Assembly (NCBI RefSeq): GCF_963921235.1
Contig: NC_086108.1
Location: 19,282,001-19,346,000, forward strand
DNA from: Mobula hypostoma
Taxonomy: Eukaryota
Length of the DNA: 64,000 bases
Reading direction: 5' to 3'
Shown one piece after another: positions 39,670-51,194 of the stretch; position 1 is the first letter of the stretch, and the number at the start of each line of letters is the position of its first letter. Below the pieces are notes generated by a model that saw only the letters and a program-made list of their open reading frames with translations, was not told where the DNA came from and ran no database searches. A program made the translations under genes and the position numbers.

Positions 39670-39973
39670 GGGCACCATGGTAGCATAGCGGTTAGTGTGA
39701 CGTAATTACAGCTTGGGCATTCTGGAGTTCAGAGTTCAATTCCACACCATGTATGGAAATTCAAAGTCCTCCACATGAAATATATGGGTTTTCCCCTGAT
39801 GCCCTGGTTTCCTCCCACAATCCAAAAGCATTCCAGGTAGGTTAATTGGTCATTGTAAATTATCCCGTGATTAGGTTAGGGTAAATTGGGGTTGTGGGGC
39901 TGCTGGGAGTGGAGTGGGAGCGGCTCGAAGGGCTGGAAAGGCCTACTCCATGCTGTAACACTAAATAAATAAA
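39670..39973 (+). mobile_element. V-SINE/HE1-like SINE
   Basis: A-box-like GGTAGCATAGCGG, B-box-like GTTCAATTCC, core GGTTTCCTCCCACA and a (TAAA)n tail. Confidence 0.8.
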
Positions 39974-40015
39974 CTTCCCCTTTAACTAACTCACTTCCTC
40001 CAAGTAAAGGGCATG

Positions 40016-40236
40016 GTAAGGGGAAGCTTTACAGGGCCTGTCTCTTTGTGGTATAGTGGGAACATTGTTTGTTTTAGATATAAAGAGTGTAGTAAGGGGA
40101 GGCTTTACAGGGCCTGTCTCTTTGTGGTATAGTGGGAACATTGTTTGTTTTAGATATAAAGAGTGTAGTAAGGGGAAGCTTTACAGGGCCTCTCTCTTTG
40201 TGGTATAGTGGGAACATTGCTTGCTTTAGATATAAA
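40016..40236. repeat. Tandem repeat, 76-bp unit, about 2.9 copies
   Basis: Units start at 40016, 40092 and 40168 and are nearly identical. Confidence 0.95.
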
Positions 40237-40799
40237 ACCAAACACAAAAGACTTGAAATGCTCAGCAAGTAAGGCAGCATCTGCAAAGGGAGAGAGCAGG
40301 TTGATGTTTCAAGCCAATGACCTGATATAGGGCTGTAATCAAAACATCTTGCCTCCCCCACAGTTGCTGCTCAACCCACTCAATACCTCCAACAGATTGT
40401 TTGCTGCTTGACCTACTATCAACACACCTTTTAGTCTCACAAGACCCCTCACATTGGGAGCTGTGTTGCTGCCTCATCTTACACAAACTCCTGTTCTCAT
40501 TTTCACATTGCCCATCGCTGCTACTTCCCTTTTCTCAAGTTGTTATCCATTTCAGGGTTTCAGTTGACTCATGCTTCCTGTAAGGGCTCCATTCCAGTCA
40601 CAGTAACCCCTCACTGCCCAGTCCACTGTTCACCAATGGATCTAAACCTTCAATGCTTTCTGCCATGTTTAATAGTAACTGGACAGCTTCAGATCTTGAT
40701 AACTAATTTGACAGTGCCAACTTCCACACCACAGTATCTGATATGTTCTACCCTTTGTTTTTAAAAACAGCTTTGTAAAGTCTTACAGTTGTATAACTG

Positions 40800-41098
40800 G
40801 TGCCATGGTTGCATAGTGGTTAGACAGATGCTATTACAGCATTCTGGAATTCAGGCTTCAATTCCCGCACCGTCTGTAAGGAGTTTGTACGTTCCCCCCA
40901 TCAACCACATGGGTTTCTTCCAGGTGCTCCGGTTTCCTCTGGGTGCTCCAGTTTCCTCCCACAATCTGAAAACGTACCGGTTAGCAGGTTGATTGTTCAT
41001 TCTAAATTGTCCATTGATTAGGCTAGTGTTAAATTGGTGGGTTGCTGGGCAGTGTGGCTCATTGGCCACTGTGGCCACTGTATCTCTAAAATAATTAA
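40800..41098 (+). mobile_element. V-SINE/HE1-like SINE
   Basis: tRNA-like head, duplicated GGTGCTCC(G/A)GTTTCCTC core and CTGTATCTCTAAAATAA tail. Confidence 0.8.
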
Positions 41099-42039
41099 AT
41101 CTTAGTAGGTGCCTATTTAGTCATTCATACCTACACAGAGTTCTTTAGAAGAGCTTTCCACCTAGTCTCACTTGCTTAAATTTTTACTAACGTTGACAAG
41201 TTTCTACACACCTAATTGTCCAAATGCCACATCCTTGATACACAGGCACTGGGAGTTTGTTGCTGTTATTACTATACATCAATGTAGAATGCTCCTTAAA
41301 CTCAGCAGCCAAACTGCTTTGAGTTAAATGCCAGATGTGTTAACCCATACCAATAAGAATGACCACAACAGTCAATTCAAAACACAAAGCTTCATGCACT
41401 GTGATCAGCAGCTACAAAATGCAAACCTCACAACACCTACCCCATTGTTAAACATTTCAGCTGGGCAGACAGCTATTCAAATCTGGATAAAACCAAATTT
41501 TATGGTCAAGTGCATTTTTAAACAAACCTTTTTTTTATTTTACCAAAACAAACACTGCAGAAGGGCTTGAGGTACCAGCTGATATCAGCTCCTCTGCTTT
41601 AATACCCAATAAACTAGAACTGGTCTAGTACCACAAATTTAAACAGAACTCTCCCAGTGACCCTTTACCAGACCCCAAGACAGCTTTTGATACTACTAAC
41701 AACAACCAGACCAACCTTAACAAATTAAAGCTTTAACAAATTAAATTCAAGTCCATCTTCAAATGAAAAGGTCAAGTCCTACTTAACATCTGCCAGAAGG
41801 TTTCTTTGAAGTGAAAGCTAATCTGGCACCAGCTGGGGTCAGAACTGCTCCAGTTCGACCCTGCTGCGCACGAAACTGTCTGGTCCAAAAGAACCAACAA
41901 TCAGGATACATATTGTGATTCAGAAAAAAAACACTTTACGTAATATGTTTTATAACCCAAAACAATTTATGGTGAATAAAGTCCTTGTGAAGTTGAGTGA
42001 CTTGAAATGTAGGATGACATGGTTAACAGTTTACAGGCG

Positions 42040-45000
42040 GAGCATCACCAAACCTGGTGAGATCTTTCTCCTTGTGAGGGTTTTTTTTCTTTAGAAACCA
42101 GTAGCCAGTGCGCAGGCACGGGAACCGTCAGAGGCATCGACATCAGCGGAAGGCAGGCGGAGTACTGTACCACCAAACCCGGTGAGTTCTTTCTCCCTGC
42201 GTGGGGTTTCTGCTTAAAAACAGGTTAGCCAGTGCGCAGGTGCGGGAACCGTCAGAGGCATCGGAAGGCAGACGAAGGACTGCCAAACACGATGAGTTCT
42301 TCCTCCTTGCGTGGGGTCGGGTCGGGTCCTATTTTTTAAACCATAAAAGAGAGATTGGGTCTAGCGGAGCAGCCATCGGACTGTGGGCTGGAGTCAGAGT
42401 GGGAACCTAGAGGCTTTGACGAGAAGAGGTTGAGGCCAAAGAAACAGGGAAGAAGGGTAGGTTTTTCCTTTCATTATTGCTGATTTGGTCTTGGTTGCCC
42501 ATAGTACAGTGCAGGCAGGATGACAGATATGGCAGTGGAATGCTCCTGCTGTAGGATGTGGGAATTCATGGAACCTGATGGTCTCCCAGATAACTACACC
42601 TGGGGGATGTGCAGCCAACTCCAGTTCCTGAAAGAGCGCACTAAGGAGCTGGAGCTGGAGCTGGAGCTGGAGCTGGAGCTGGAGCTGAATAAACTAAGGA
42701 GCTGGAGCTGGAGTTGGATAAACTAAGGATCATCCGAGAGGCAGAGCAATTGATAGATAAGACTTTTCAGCAGGTGGTTACACCCAGAGTGAGAATTCAG
42801 GGAGCAGATGGCGTACACCGAGAGAGGTAAAGGGAGGAAAGTCAGTGCAGGATTCCCCTGTGGCCATTTCCCTCAGCAACAGGTACTGATGAGGGGGATA
42901 ACCTATCTGGGCAAGGCGGCAGCAGCAGCCAGACCCATGGCACAGTGGCCGGCTCTAAATCTCAGAAGGGTAGGGTGGTCAAGCTGAGCAATAGTCATAG
43001 GGGCTCGATATTTGGAGGGGGGGGGCAGACAGATTCTGCGGCAGCAAAAGACATGCCAGGACAGTGTATTGTCTCCCAGGTCTAGGGTCCAGGACGTCTC
43101 TGAGCGGTTGCAGAATATTCGTGAAGTGGAGGTGAGCAGCCAGAGGCTGTGGTACATATTGGTACCACTGACATAGGCAGGAGAGACATGTGCAGTAAGT
43201 TTAGGGAGTTAGGAAGGAGGCTGAAGAGCGGGACCTCCAAGGAGGTGATCTCCAGATTACTCCCAGTGTAACGAGCTAGGGAAGGTCAGAACAGGAAGAC
43301 AGCACAGACGAATGAGTGGCTGAGGAGATGATGCAGGGAGCAGTGTTTCAAGTTATTGCATCATTGGAACCTTTTCTGGGGAAGGGGTGACCACTCCAAG
43401 TGGGACAGGTTGCACCTGAACTGGAGGGGAACCAATATCCTGGGAGGGAAGTTTGCTAATGCTGTTGGGGAAGGTTTAAACTGGATTTACGGGGGAATGG
43501 GAACCGAAATGAAGAGGCAGAGGATGGGGCGGTTGGTGCTTGTAGGGAGTTTGTGAGGAAGGATAGGCAGATGATAGAGCAAAGATGCACTCAGTCAGAT
43601 GGTTTGAGATGTATCTACTTTAATGCAAGGATATCATAAACAAAGCAGCTAAATTAGAGGAGGATCCATACATGGAACTAAGACGCTGTGGCCATACAGA
43701 GACTTGGATGTCTCAGGGGAAAGAATGGCTGCTGAGTGTGCTGGACTTTAGATGTTTCAAAAAGGACAGGGAGGGAGGCAAAAGAGATGGGGGAGCAGCA
43801 TTGCTAATCAGGGATATTATCATGGTTGCAGAAAAGGAGGAAGTTATGGAAGGATTGTCCACTGAGTCAAAAACAGGAAGGGAACAGTAGCTCTACTAGG
43901 AGACCTTGCTTTGTGGATCCAGAGAAGGCACACAGAAGGCAAAGGGTGGTTGTGGATGGTTCATATTCTGCATGGAGGTCAGTGACCAGTGGTGTTCTGC
44001 AGGGATCTGTTCTAGGACCCCTCCTCTTTGTCATTTTTATAAATAGTCATAGTCATACTTTATTGATCCCAGGGGGAAATTGGTTTTCATTACAGTTGCA
44101 CCATAAATAGTAAATAGTAATAGAACCATAAACAGTTAAATAGTATTATGTAAATTATGCCAGTAAATTATGAAATAAGTCCAGGACCAGCCTATCGGCA
44201 CAGGGTATCTGACCCTCCAAGGGAGGAGTTGTAAAGTTTGATGACCACAGGCAGGAATGACTTCCTATGACGCTCTGTGCTGCATCTGGGAGGAATGAGT
44301 CTCTGGCTGAATGTACTCCTGTGCCCACCCAGTACATTATGTAGTGGATGGGAGGCATTGTCCAAGATGGCATGCAACTTAGACAGCATCCTCTTTTCAG
44401 ACACCACCGTGAGAGAGTCCAGTTCCATCCCTACAACATCACTGGCCTGGATGAAGAAGTGGAAGGTTGAATTAGTAAGTTTGCTGATGATATGAAAGTT
44501 GGGGGTGTTGTGGATATCTGAAGGGTTGTTAAGGTTACAGTGGGACATCGATAGGATGCAGAACTGGCAGATCAACCCAGGTAAATGTGAAGTGGTCTAT
44601 TTTAGCAAGTCACATTTGAAGACAGAATACAACATTAATGGTAAGACTCTTGGCAGCGTGGAGGATCAGAGGGATCTTGGGGTCCATGTCCGTAGGACAC
44701 TCAAAGCTACTGCAAAGGTTGACAGTGTTGTTAAGAAGGCATATGGTGTGTTGGCCTTTACCAACCGTGGGATAGAGTTCAAGTGCTATAAGTTAATGTC
44801 ATAGCTACACAAGCCCTTAGACCCTACTTTAAGTATTTTCAGTTCTGGTCACCTCACTACATGAAAGGTGTGGATACCATAGAGAGGGTGCAGAGGAGAT
44901 TTACAAGGATGTTGCCTGGATTGGAGAACGTACCTGATGAGAATAGGTTGAGTGAACTTGGCCTTTTCTCTTTGGAGCAACAGAGAATGAGAGGTGACCT

Positions 45001-45360
45001 GATAGAGGCGTATAAGAATCAGAGGCATCAATCATGTGGATAGCCAGAGGCTTTTTCCCTGGGCTGAAATGGCTAACACGAGGGGACATTGTTTTAAGGT
45101 GCTTGGAAGTAGGTATAAGGGGGATGTCAGAGGTAAGTTTATCACACAGAGTGGTGGGTGCATGGAATGCACTGCCAGCGATGGTGGTAGAAGCAGATAC
45201 AATAAGATCCTTTAAGAGCCTCTCCAATAGGTACATGGAACTTAGAAAATTAGAGGACTATGTGGTAGGGTACCTAGGCAGTTTCTAGAGTAGATTACTT
45301 GGTCGGCACAACTTTGTGGGCTGAAGGGCCTGTACAGTGCTGTAGGTTTCTATGTTCTAT
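42040..45360 (+). mobile_element. CR1 with tandemly repeated 5' region, disrupted ORF1 and internally deleted ORF2
   Basis: ECSCCRMWE zinc finger at 42520 and esterase relics. The EN start joins mid-RT at about 43905. 3' tail at about 45360. Confidence 0.85.
44043..44447 (-). mobile_element. Rex1-like LINE 3' fragment inserted in CR1
   Basis: KLHAILDNASHPLH..RLIPPRCSTERHRKSFLPVVIKLYN and an (ATAGTC)n tail. Confidence 0.82.
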
Positions 45361-45824
45361 TGCAACTCCCCCCACTCTACAATTAAGTAAATGGTCTTCT
45401 GTTCATCACAGCTGTGATATCAGGGCAAAAATCTCAATCTTCCCCTTAATAATATTAGATTGGATATACAGCATATGCAATTGTAATGAAACAGTCGTAT
45501 ATACAGCAACTTAAGGCCCCACAGCACATTTGGATATCTGATTTGGATTCACTTTTGCAATCACTGCACAGTTAATGTACAAAAAAGTTAACTCCCCAAG
45601 TAGCTAGATGGCTTCTTGAGATTTATAGTTCTAAAGGCTTATCAACTGGTATCTGTGGATTCTAATTCACATTTGCGACTGTGCACCGTTATGGTTAATA
45701 TTTTAATTGATGTTTCATCGGACTGATTTTATTTCATCATTTTCAGAGAGTGAATGAGCAAGAGAGAAAAGGCAGGCAGAGGGGAGAGGGAAGACCAAAA
45801 CTATCAGTGGCTACAGGAAGAGAA

Positions 45825-47371
45825 TGTCATTGGTGGCTGGGAACAGACCCAAGTGCAAGACACAGACACTGAAGTACTAGGGACAGGACTAGGATACAGG
45901 GCGATGGCAACGACATGGACAGGAAAACCAGGAACCTGGAACAGGATTTGACAAGAGAGCTAGGAGCCCGGGCTTGGACTCCGAGCCAGAGACTGGACAA
46001 GGACCCAGTACCTGGGTCTTGCCTCTGGCTCGGACCCCAGAACCCGGCAAGGACAAGGCTTGGCAGGCAGGCAGGACGAGGCTGGAATCTTCAGGCTTGA
46101 GGCGAGACTTGGCAGGAGGCTGGAGTCTTGAGGCTAGAGGCTAGAGGCGTGGCAAGAGGCTAGAGACTTGGCTTGGCTTGGCCAGAGGCTAGAGACTTGG
46201 CTTGGCAAGAGGCTGGAGATTTGGCTTGGCTTGGCAAGAGGCTAGAGATTTGGCTTGGCTTGGCAAGAGGCTAGAGACTAGAGGCAGGAGGCTGGAGTCT
46301 TCAGGCTTGAGGCGAGGCGAGGCAGGAGACGAGGCAAGGCGAGGCGGGGCAGGAGGCAGGAGACTTGAGGCGAGGCAAGGCGGGGCAGGAGACTTGAGGC
46401 GAGGCGGGGCTGGAGGCAGGAGACTTGAGGTGAGGCGAGGCGGGGCTGGAGGCAGGAGACTTGAGGCGGGGCTGGAGGCAGGAGACTTGAGGCGAGGCGG
46501 GGCTGGAGGCAGGAGACTTGAGGCGAGGCGGGGCTGGAGGCAGGAGACTTGAGGCGAGGCTGGGCTGGAGGCAGGAGACGAGGCGAGGCTGGGCTGGAGG
46601 CAGGAGACGAGGCGAGGCTGGGCTGGAGGCAGGAGACTTGAGGCGAGGCTGGGCTGGAGGCAGGAGACTTGAGGCAAGGCGAGTCTGGAGGCAGGAGACT
46701 TGAGGCGAGGCGAGTCTGGAGGCAGGAGACTTGAGGCGAGGCGAGTCTGGAGGCAGGAGACTTGAGGCAAGGCGAGTCTGGAGGCAGGAGACTTGAGGCA
46801 AGGCGAGTCTGGAGGCAGGAGACTTGAGGCGAGGCAAGGCTGGAGGCAGGAGACTTGAGGTAAGGCTTGGCAGGCTCCTCCTGGGTAGGGCGCGGATCAC
46901 CACCCGACAGAGGCAAGAGACAGGAAGGGACAGAACCAACCGCAGGTAATGGCGAGATGGCCTGGCTTACCTGGCGGAGGCAAGGTACAGGATGGGAGCT
47001 AGGTACAGGGTGGCTCCAGGACAAGACTGCAGGCAAGACGAGGTGAGAGTTACCGGCAAGACAAGGCAAGGCTTCTGGCAAAGCAAGGTGAGACCAGAAC
47101 TTCAGGCGAGGCCAGAGTTACCGGCAATACAAGGCAGGGCTTCAGGCGAGGAAACATAAGGCAGAGCAAGAGATACAAGGAGTAAGGACAAGAACAATCC
47201 AGCAGCTATGCCTGGGTCTCTGAAAGTATTTATGCAGCCAGCCGCAACGAGCATCAGCTGCCTCAATTAGCTCAACAAGGACAGAAACAGGGTAGGCAGG
47301 AAAACCCGGGTCAAGGGTCGATGGGCCAGACCGTGAACCGGAATGCAGACTTCACGGACCGGACCATGACA
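45825..47371 (-). mobile_element. Solo LTR (1547 bp) inflated by an internal minisatellite
   Basis: TGTCAT...ATGACA termini, perfect 5-bp TSD GAGAA, and TATA-like GCATAAATA on the minus strand. Confidence 0.85.
46090..46870. repeat. G-rich minisatellite, main unit about 31 bp GAGGCAGGAGACTTGAGGCGAGGCGGGGCTG
   Basis: Directly visible tandem array with blocks of variant units. Confidence 0.95.
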
Positions 47372-48314
47372 GAGAAATAGAATGAGAGTGACTGCATGTC
47401 TGAAACAAATATGAAAGAAGGGAAGGACCTGTACACTTCAACCATATTGGAAGTGATGCACCAGCTATTTGTTTTGGATGTCAGTGGCTGCAGTTGTAGA
47501 TTGCCTTCCAGTACCCTATTGATAGTCTTCCAAGTTTTGCTACACAACTGTGATTTTATTCCAATATAATCTCAAAGATGCTTGCAGCATGGAGACTATC
47601 TCATGTAGAATGAATGAAATTGAATAGATGGTCACTGTGGAACGATGGTGTCAGATTTGAATTTTGTGATCTGTTTAATACCCCAACACCTGAACTAGAC
47701 TGATGCAGTTTCATTTCAGCACTCCCATGATAGAACAAGTGATTAGCAAACACAATTATTTCTCCTAATTAGCCCTTTTAAGTGAATTCTTATTCAAACA
47801 GCCAGCATTTCATTAGGGGGAGAAAAACGCTAGTCACCCTTACCACAGACAACTGGTTATTTTATGGATTTTAAAAACAATTAAAAACAAAGATTTACAT
47901 TTTGACAAATTTCTAAAAGAGAAAATAACAGATGCTACCATTTCCTTAGCAGATAAGAACATAACAAATACTCAAGATCTAAAATATAGTGCCGTCTTTT
48001 GCAAAGAATAAGATGTTTAATGGTTCAGTACCCAGTATTAGGATAATTACTCTGAACTATCAACATCTAGAACCTGTTGATTTTCTATTCCCTGCAAAAA
48101 GAATACCACAATCAGGATTTGGGAAGGATTAAAGTGAATTCTTTTTATTACAAAGTATTTTCAACTTTAATTCCAATTCCAGTATGAAATGTGTGTTTGG
48201 TACCACTTGGGGAAGAAGAGTGGACATGCAGACAAAGCTGGTTCAGTTCGATTTTGAGTTAACATAAATCACCTGCTACAAATGTTATTGGATAAAGCTT
48301 TTGTTCACTTATCT

Positions 48315-48560
48315 TTTTTTAAATTTAGGTATACAGCGTGGAACAGTCCCTTCTGGCCCAATGTGCCTCACCAGCCAGCAACCCTCCTGTTTCTTAGCCG
48401 AATCCTAGATCAACTTATAATGGGCAATTAACCTACAAACTGGTACGTCTTTGGAGAAACCCACGTGGTCACAGGGAAAACGTACGAACTCCTTACGGAC
48501 AAAGCCAGAACCGAACTCTGAGGCACCTCTAACTGCAATAGCATCACAATAACAGTGGCA
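48315..48560 (-). mobile_element. V-SINE/HE1-like SINE, 5' end hit by the Penelope insertion
   Basis: GAAACCCACGTGGTCACAGGGAAAACGTACGAACTCCTTAC is the reverse SINE core. Confidence 0.7.
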
Positions 48561-48620
48561 ACACACATAAAAGTTGCTGGTGAACGCATCAGGCCAGGCA
48601 GCATCTCTAGGAAGAGGTGC

Positions 48621-48656
48621 AGTCGACGTTTCAGGCCGAGACCCTTCGTCAGGACT
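48621..48656 (-). ncRNA. Minimal type I hammerhead ribozyme motif (Penelope-associated)
   Basis: Minus strand AGUC CUGACGA AGG-loop-CCU GAAAC GUC GACU has an intact core. Confidence 0.85.
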
Positions 48657-49310
48657 AACTGAAGGAAGAGTGAGTAAGGGATTTGAAAGTTGGAGGGGGA
48701 GGGGGAGATGCAAAATGATAGGAGAAGACAGGAGGGGGAGGGATGGAGCCAAGAGCTGGACAGGTGATAGGCAAAAGGGATACGAGAGGATCATGGGACA
48801 GGAGGTCCGGGAAGAAAGGGGGGGGGGGACCCAGAGGATGGGCGAGGGATATATTCAGAGGGACAGAGGGAGAAAAAGGAGAGTGAGAGAAAGAATGTGT
48901 GCATAAAAATAAGTAACAGCTGGGGTACGAGGGGGAGGTGGGGCCTAGCGGAAGTTAGAGAAGTCAATGTTCATGCCATGCTACCCAGACGGAATATAAG
49001 GTGTTGTTCCTCCAACCTGAGTGTGGCTTCATCTTTACAGTAGAGGAGGCCGTGGATAGACATGTCAGAATGGGAATGGGATGTGGAATTAAAATGTGTG
49101 GCCACTGGGAGATCCTGCTTTCTCTGGTGTTCAGCAAAACGATCTCCCAGTCTGCGTCGGGTCTCGCCAATATATAGAAGGCCACATCAGGAGCACCGGA
49201 CGTAGTCTATCACCCCAGCCGACTCACAGGTGAAGTGTCGCCTCACCTGGAAGGACTGTCTGGGGCCCAAAATGGTGGTAAGAGAGGAAGTGTAAGGGCA
49301 TGTGTAGCAC

Positions 49311-49712
49311 TTGTTCCGTGTAAGCTACATATGCCCTTACACTTCCTCCCTTACCACCATTCAGGGCCCCAAACAGTCCTTCCAGGTGAGGCGACACTTC
49401 ACCTGTGAGTCGGCTGGGGTGATATACTGCGTCCGGTGCTCCCGATGTGGCCTTTTATATATTGGCGAGACCCGACGCAGACTGGGAGACCGCTTTGCTG
49501 AACATCTACGCTCTGTCCGCCAGAGAAAGCAGGATCTCCCAGTGGCCACACATTTTAATTCCACATCCCATTCCCATTCTGACATGTCTATCCACGGCCT
49601 CCTCTACTGTAAAGATGAAGCCACACTCAGGTTGGAGGAACAACACCTTATATTCCGTCTGGGTAGCCTCCAACCTGATGGCATGAACATCGACTTCTCT
49701 AACTTCCACTGA
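49311..49712 (+). pseudogene. Penelope-like GIY-YIG endonuclease domain (5'-truncated, open frame)
   Basis: VIYCVRCSRCGLLYIGETRRRLGDRFAEH...HFN...EEQHLIFRLGSLQPDGMN. Confidence 0.92.
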
Positions 49713-50004
49713 GGTCCCACCTCCCCCTCTTACCCCATCTGTTACTTATTTTTATACACACATACTTTCTCTCACTCTCCCTTTTCTCCCTCTGTCTCTC
49801 TGAATATACCCCTTGCCCATCCTCTGGGTCCCCCTCCCTTGTCTTTCTTCCCGGACCTCCTGTCCCATGATCCTCTCGTATCCCTTTTGCCTATCACCTG
49901 TCCAGCTCTTGGCTCCATCCCTCCCCCTCCTGTCTTCTCCTATCATTTTGCATCTCCCCCTCCCCCTCCAACTTTCAAATCCCTTACTCACTCTTCCTTC
50001 AGTT

Positions 50005-50040
50005 AGTCCTGACGAAGGGTCTCGGCCTGAAACGTCGACT
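50005..50040 (+). ncRNA. Minimal type I hammerhead ribozyme motif
   Basis: AGTCCTGACGAAGGGTCTCGGCCTGAAACGTCGACT: helix I AGTC/GACT, CUGANGA, helix II, GAAA and GUC cleavage triplet. Confidence 0.85.
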
Positions 50041-50988
50041 GCAGCTCTTCCTAGAGATGCTGCCTGGCCTGCTGCGTTCACCAGCAACTTTTATGTGTGT
50101 TGCTTGAATTTCCAGCATCTGCAGAATTCCAGTTGTTTGCGTGACAATAACAGTGGCACCCACTTAGCCTTGTCTCATTAGCTGGGCATATGCACTTCAA
50201 ACAGAATTTCCTGCCTCGAGGCAGGCTGGCCTAGCCTGATGACAATTGTTGATGATGATGTTTTATAAGGGAGTATATGAACTGATAATGGAAACAGAGT
50301 TTTAGAGAACATCTAGCCTTCACATGCCACTTATTTCAAGCTATCAGAACCATACCAGACTAATAAACAGAAGATAAAGCCCATGGGTTCTGAAGAGAGG
50401 CCTCAGCCTGAGAAGTCAAATGTTTATTCATTTCCATAGATGCTGCCTGACCTGCCGAACTCCTCCAGCATTTTGTGCGCGCTGCTGTGGGTTTCCAGAA
50501 TCCGTAGACGTTCTCGTGTGGAAGATAAAAATGTACCTACTGTCACTGTCAAAAAACACAAGTACCTGCATGGGACCAGCATGTAGATAATGGTCAAATT
50601 ATATTCAGACTCCATACCATTTCAATCAGGGAATGGTTATTTTAGGAACCGCTTACTCTTCCAGGATCCATTCCATGATCAGATGAATCTGTTCTGATGC
50701 AAATAATGTCACCACTATAAACTTGTTTAATGCAATTAATTCATTAATGAGAAGATAATTGTGAAGTCAGAATAGTTTAATAAAATATATTACAATGCCC
50801 AGAATATTTTAAAGATGAAACAAACACTTATTGTGGGAGGTGTACAACAGAATTAGCCAACAGTTCATGATACAAGCTCCTATCACTAGCTCTTGTCAAT
50901 GGTAGCAACTGGATCTGGTTGTGTCACAAGGGCTGGATTCACTTCTCTTAAAGTAATGCAGAGGGAAGTCAGGGCAAAGGAAGTTCAG

Positions 50989-51015
50989 CTAGACAACCAG
51001 GTCAAAGTCATCTCT
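50989..51015 (-). CDS. Terminal coding exon of an unidentified host gene (RDDFDLVV*)
   Basis: Strong polypyrimidine acceptor TTTTCCTTTTTGTTTCTCCTCTCCAG, phase 0 matching the upstream exon, and TAG stop followed by non-repetitive UTR-like DNA. Confidence 0.8.
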   Translation of the reverse strand, partial: RDDFDLVV

Positions 51016-51194
51016 CTGGAGAGGAGAAACAAAAAGGAAAAGTAATGAACATCTTTCCATGCTGCATTGATCAACAATTTATAAATCATATGTAAAATAT
51101 CAATTCAAAATATATTTTAGCTCAACTTAACCTTTAATATTTTAGAATAAGAGGAGTGCTTCAAGTTCAAAGGATGTCAGGCTACTGTTTTGAG

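Larger units (their letters stand above)
48561..50143. mobile_element. Large inverted (fold-back) Penelope-like insertion, arms about 750 bp
   Basis: Minus arm 48561 to about 49313, plus arm about 49324-50143. 15-bp TSD ACAATAACAGTGGCA (48546-48560, 50144-50158). Confidence 0.93.

Noticed and set aside
46090..46870. Possible CRISPR-like array
   Set aside because: Units are tandem with no unique spacers, there are no cas genes, and the context is eukaryotic.
46189..47081. Long Pro/Ser/Ala-rich and Gly/Arg-rich ORFs
   Set aside because: Open in several frames on both strands only because they lie in a stop-poor minisatellite.
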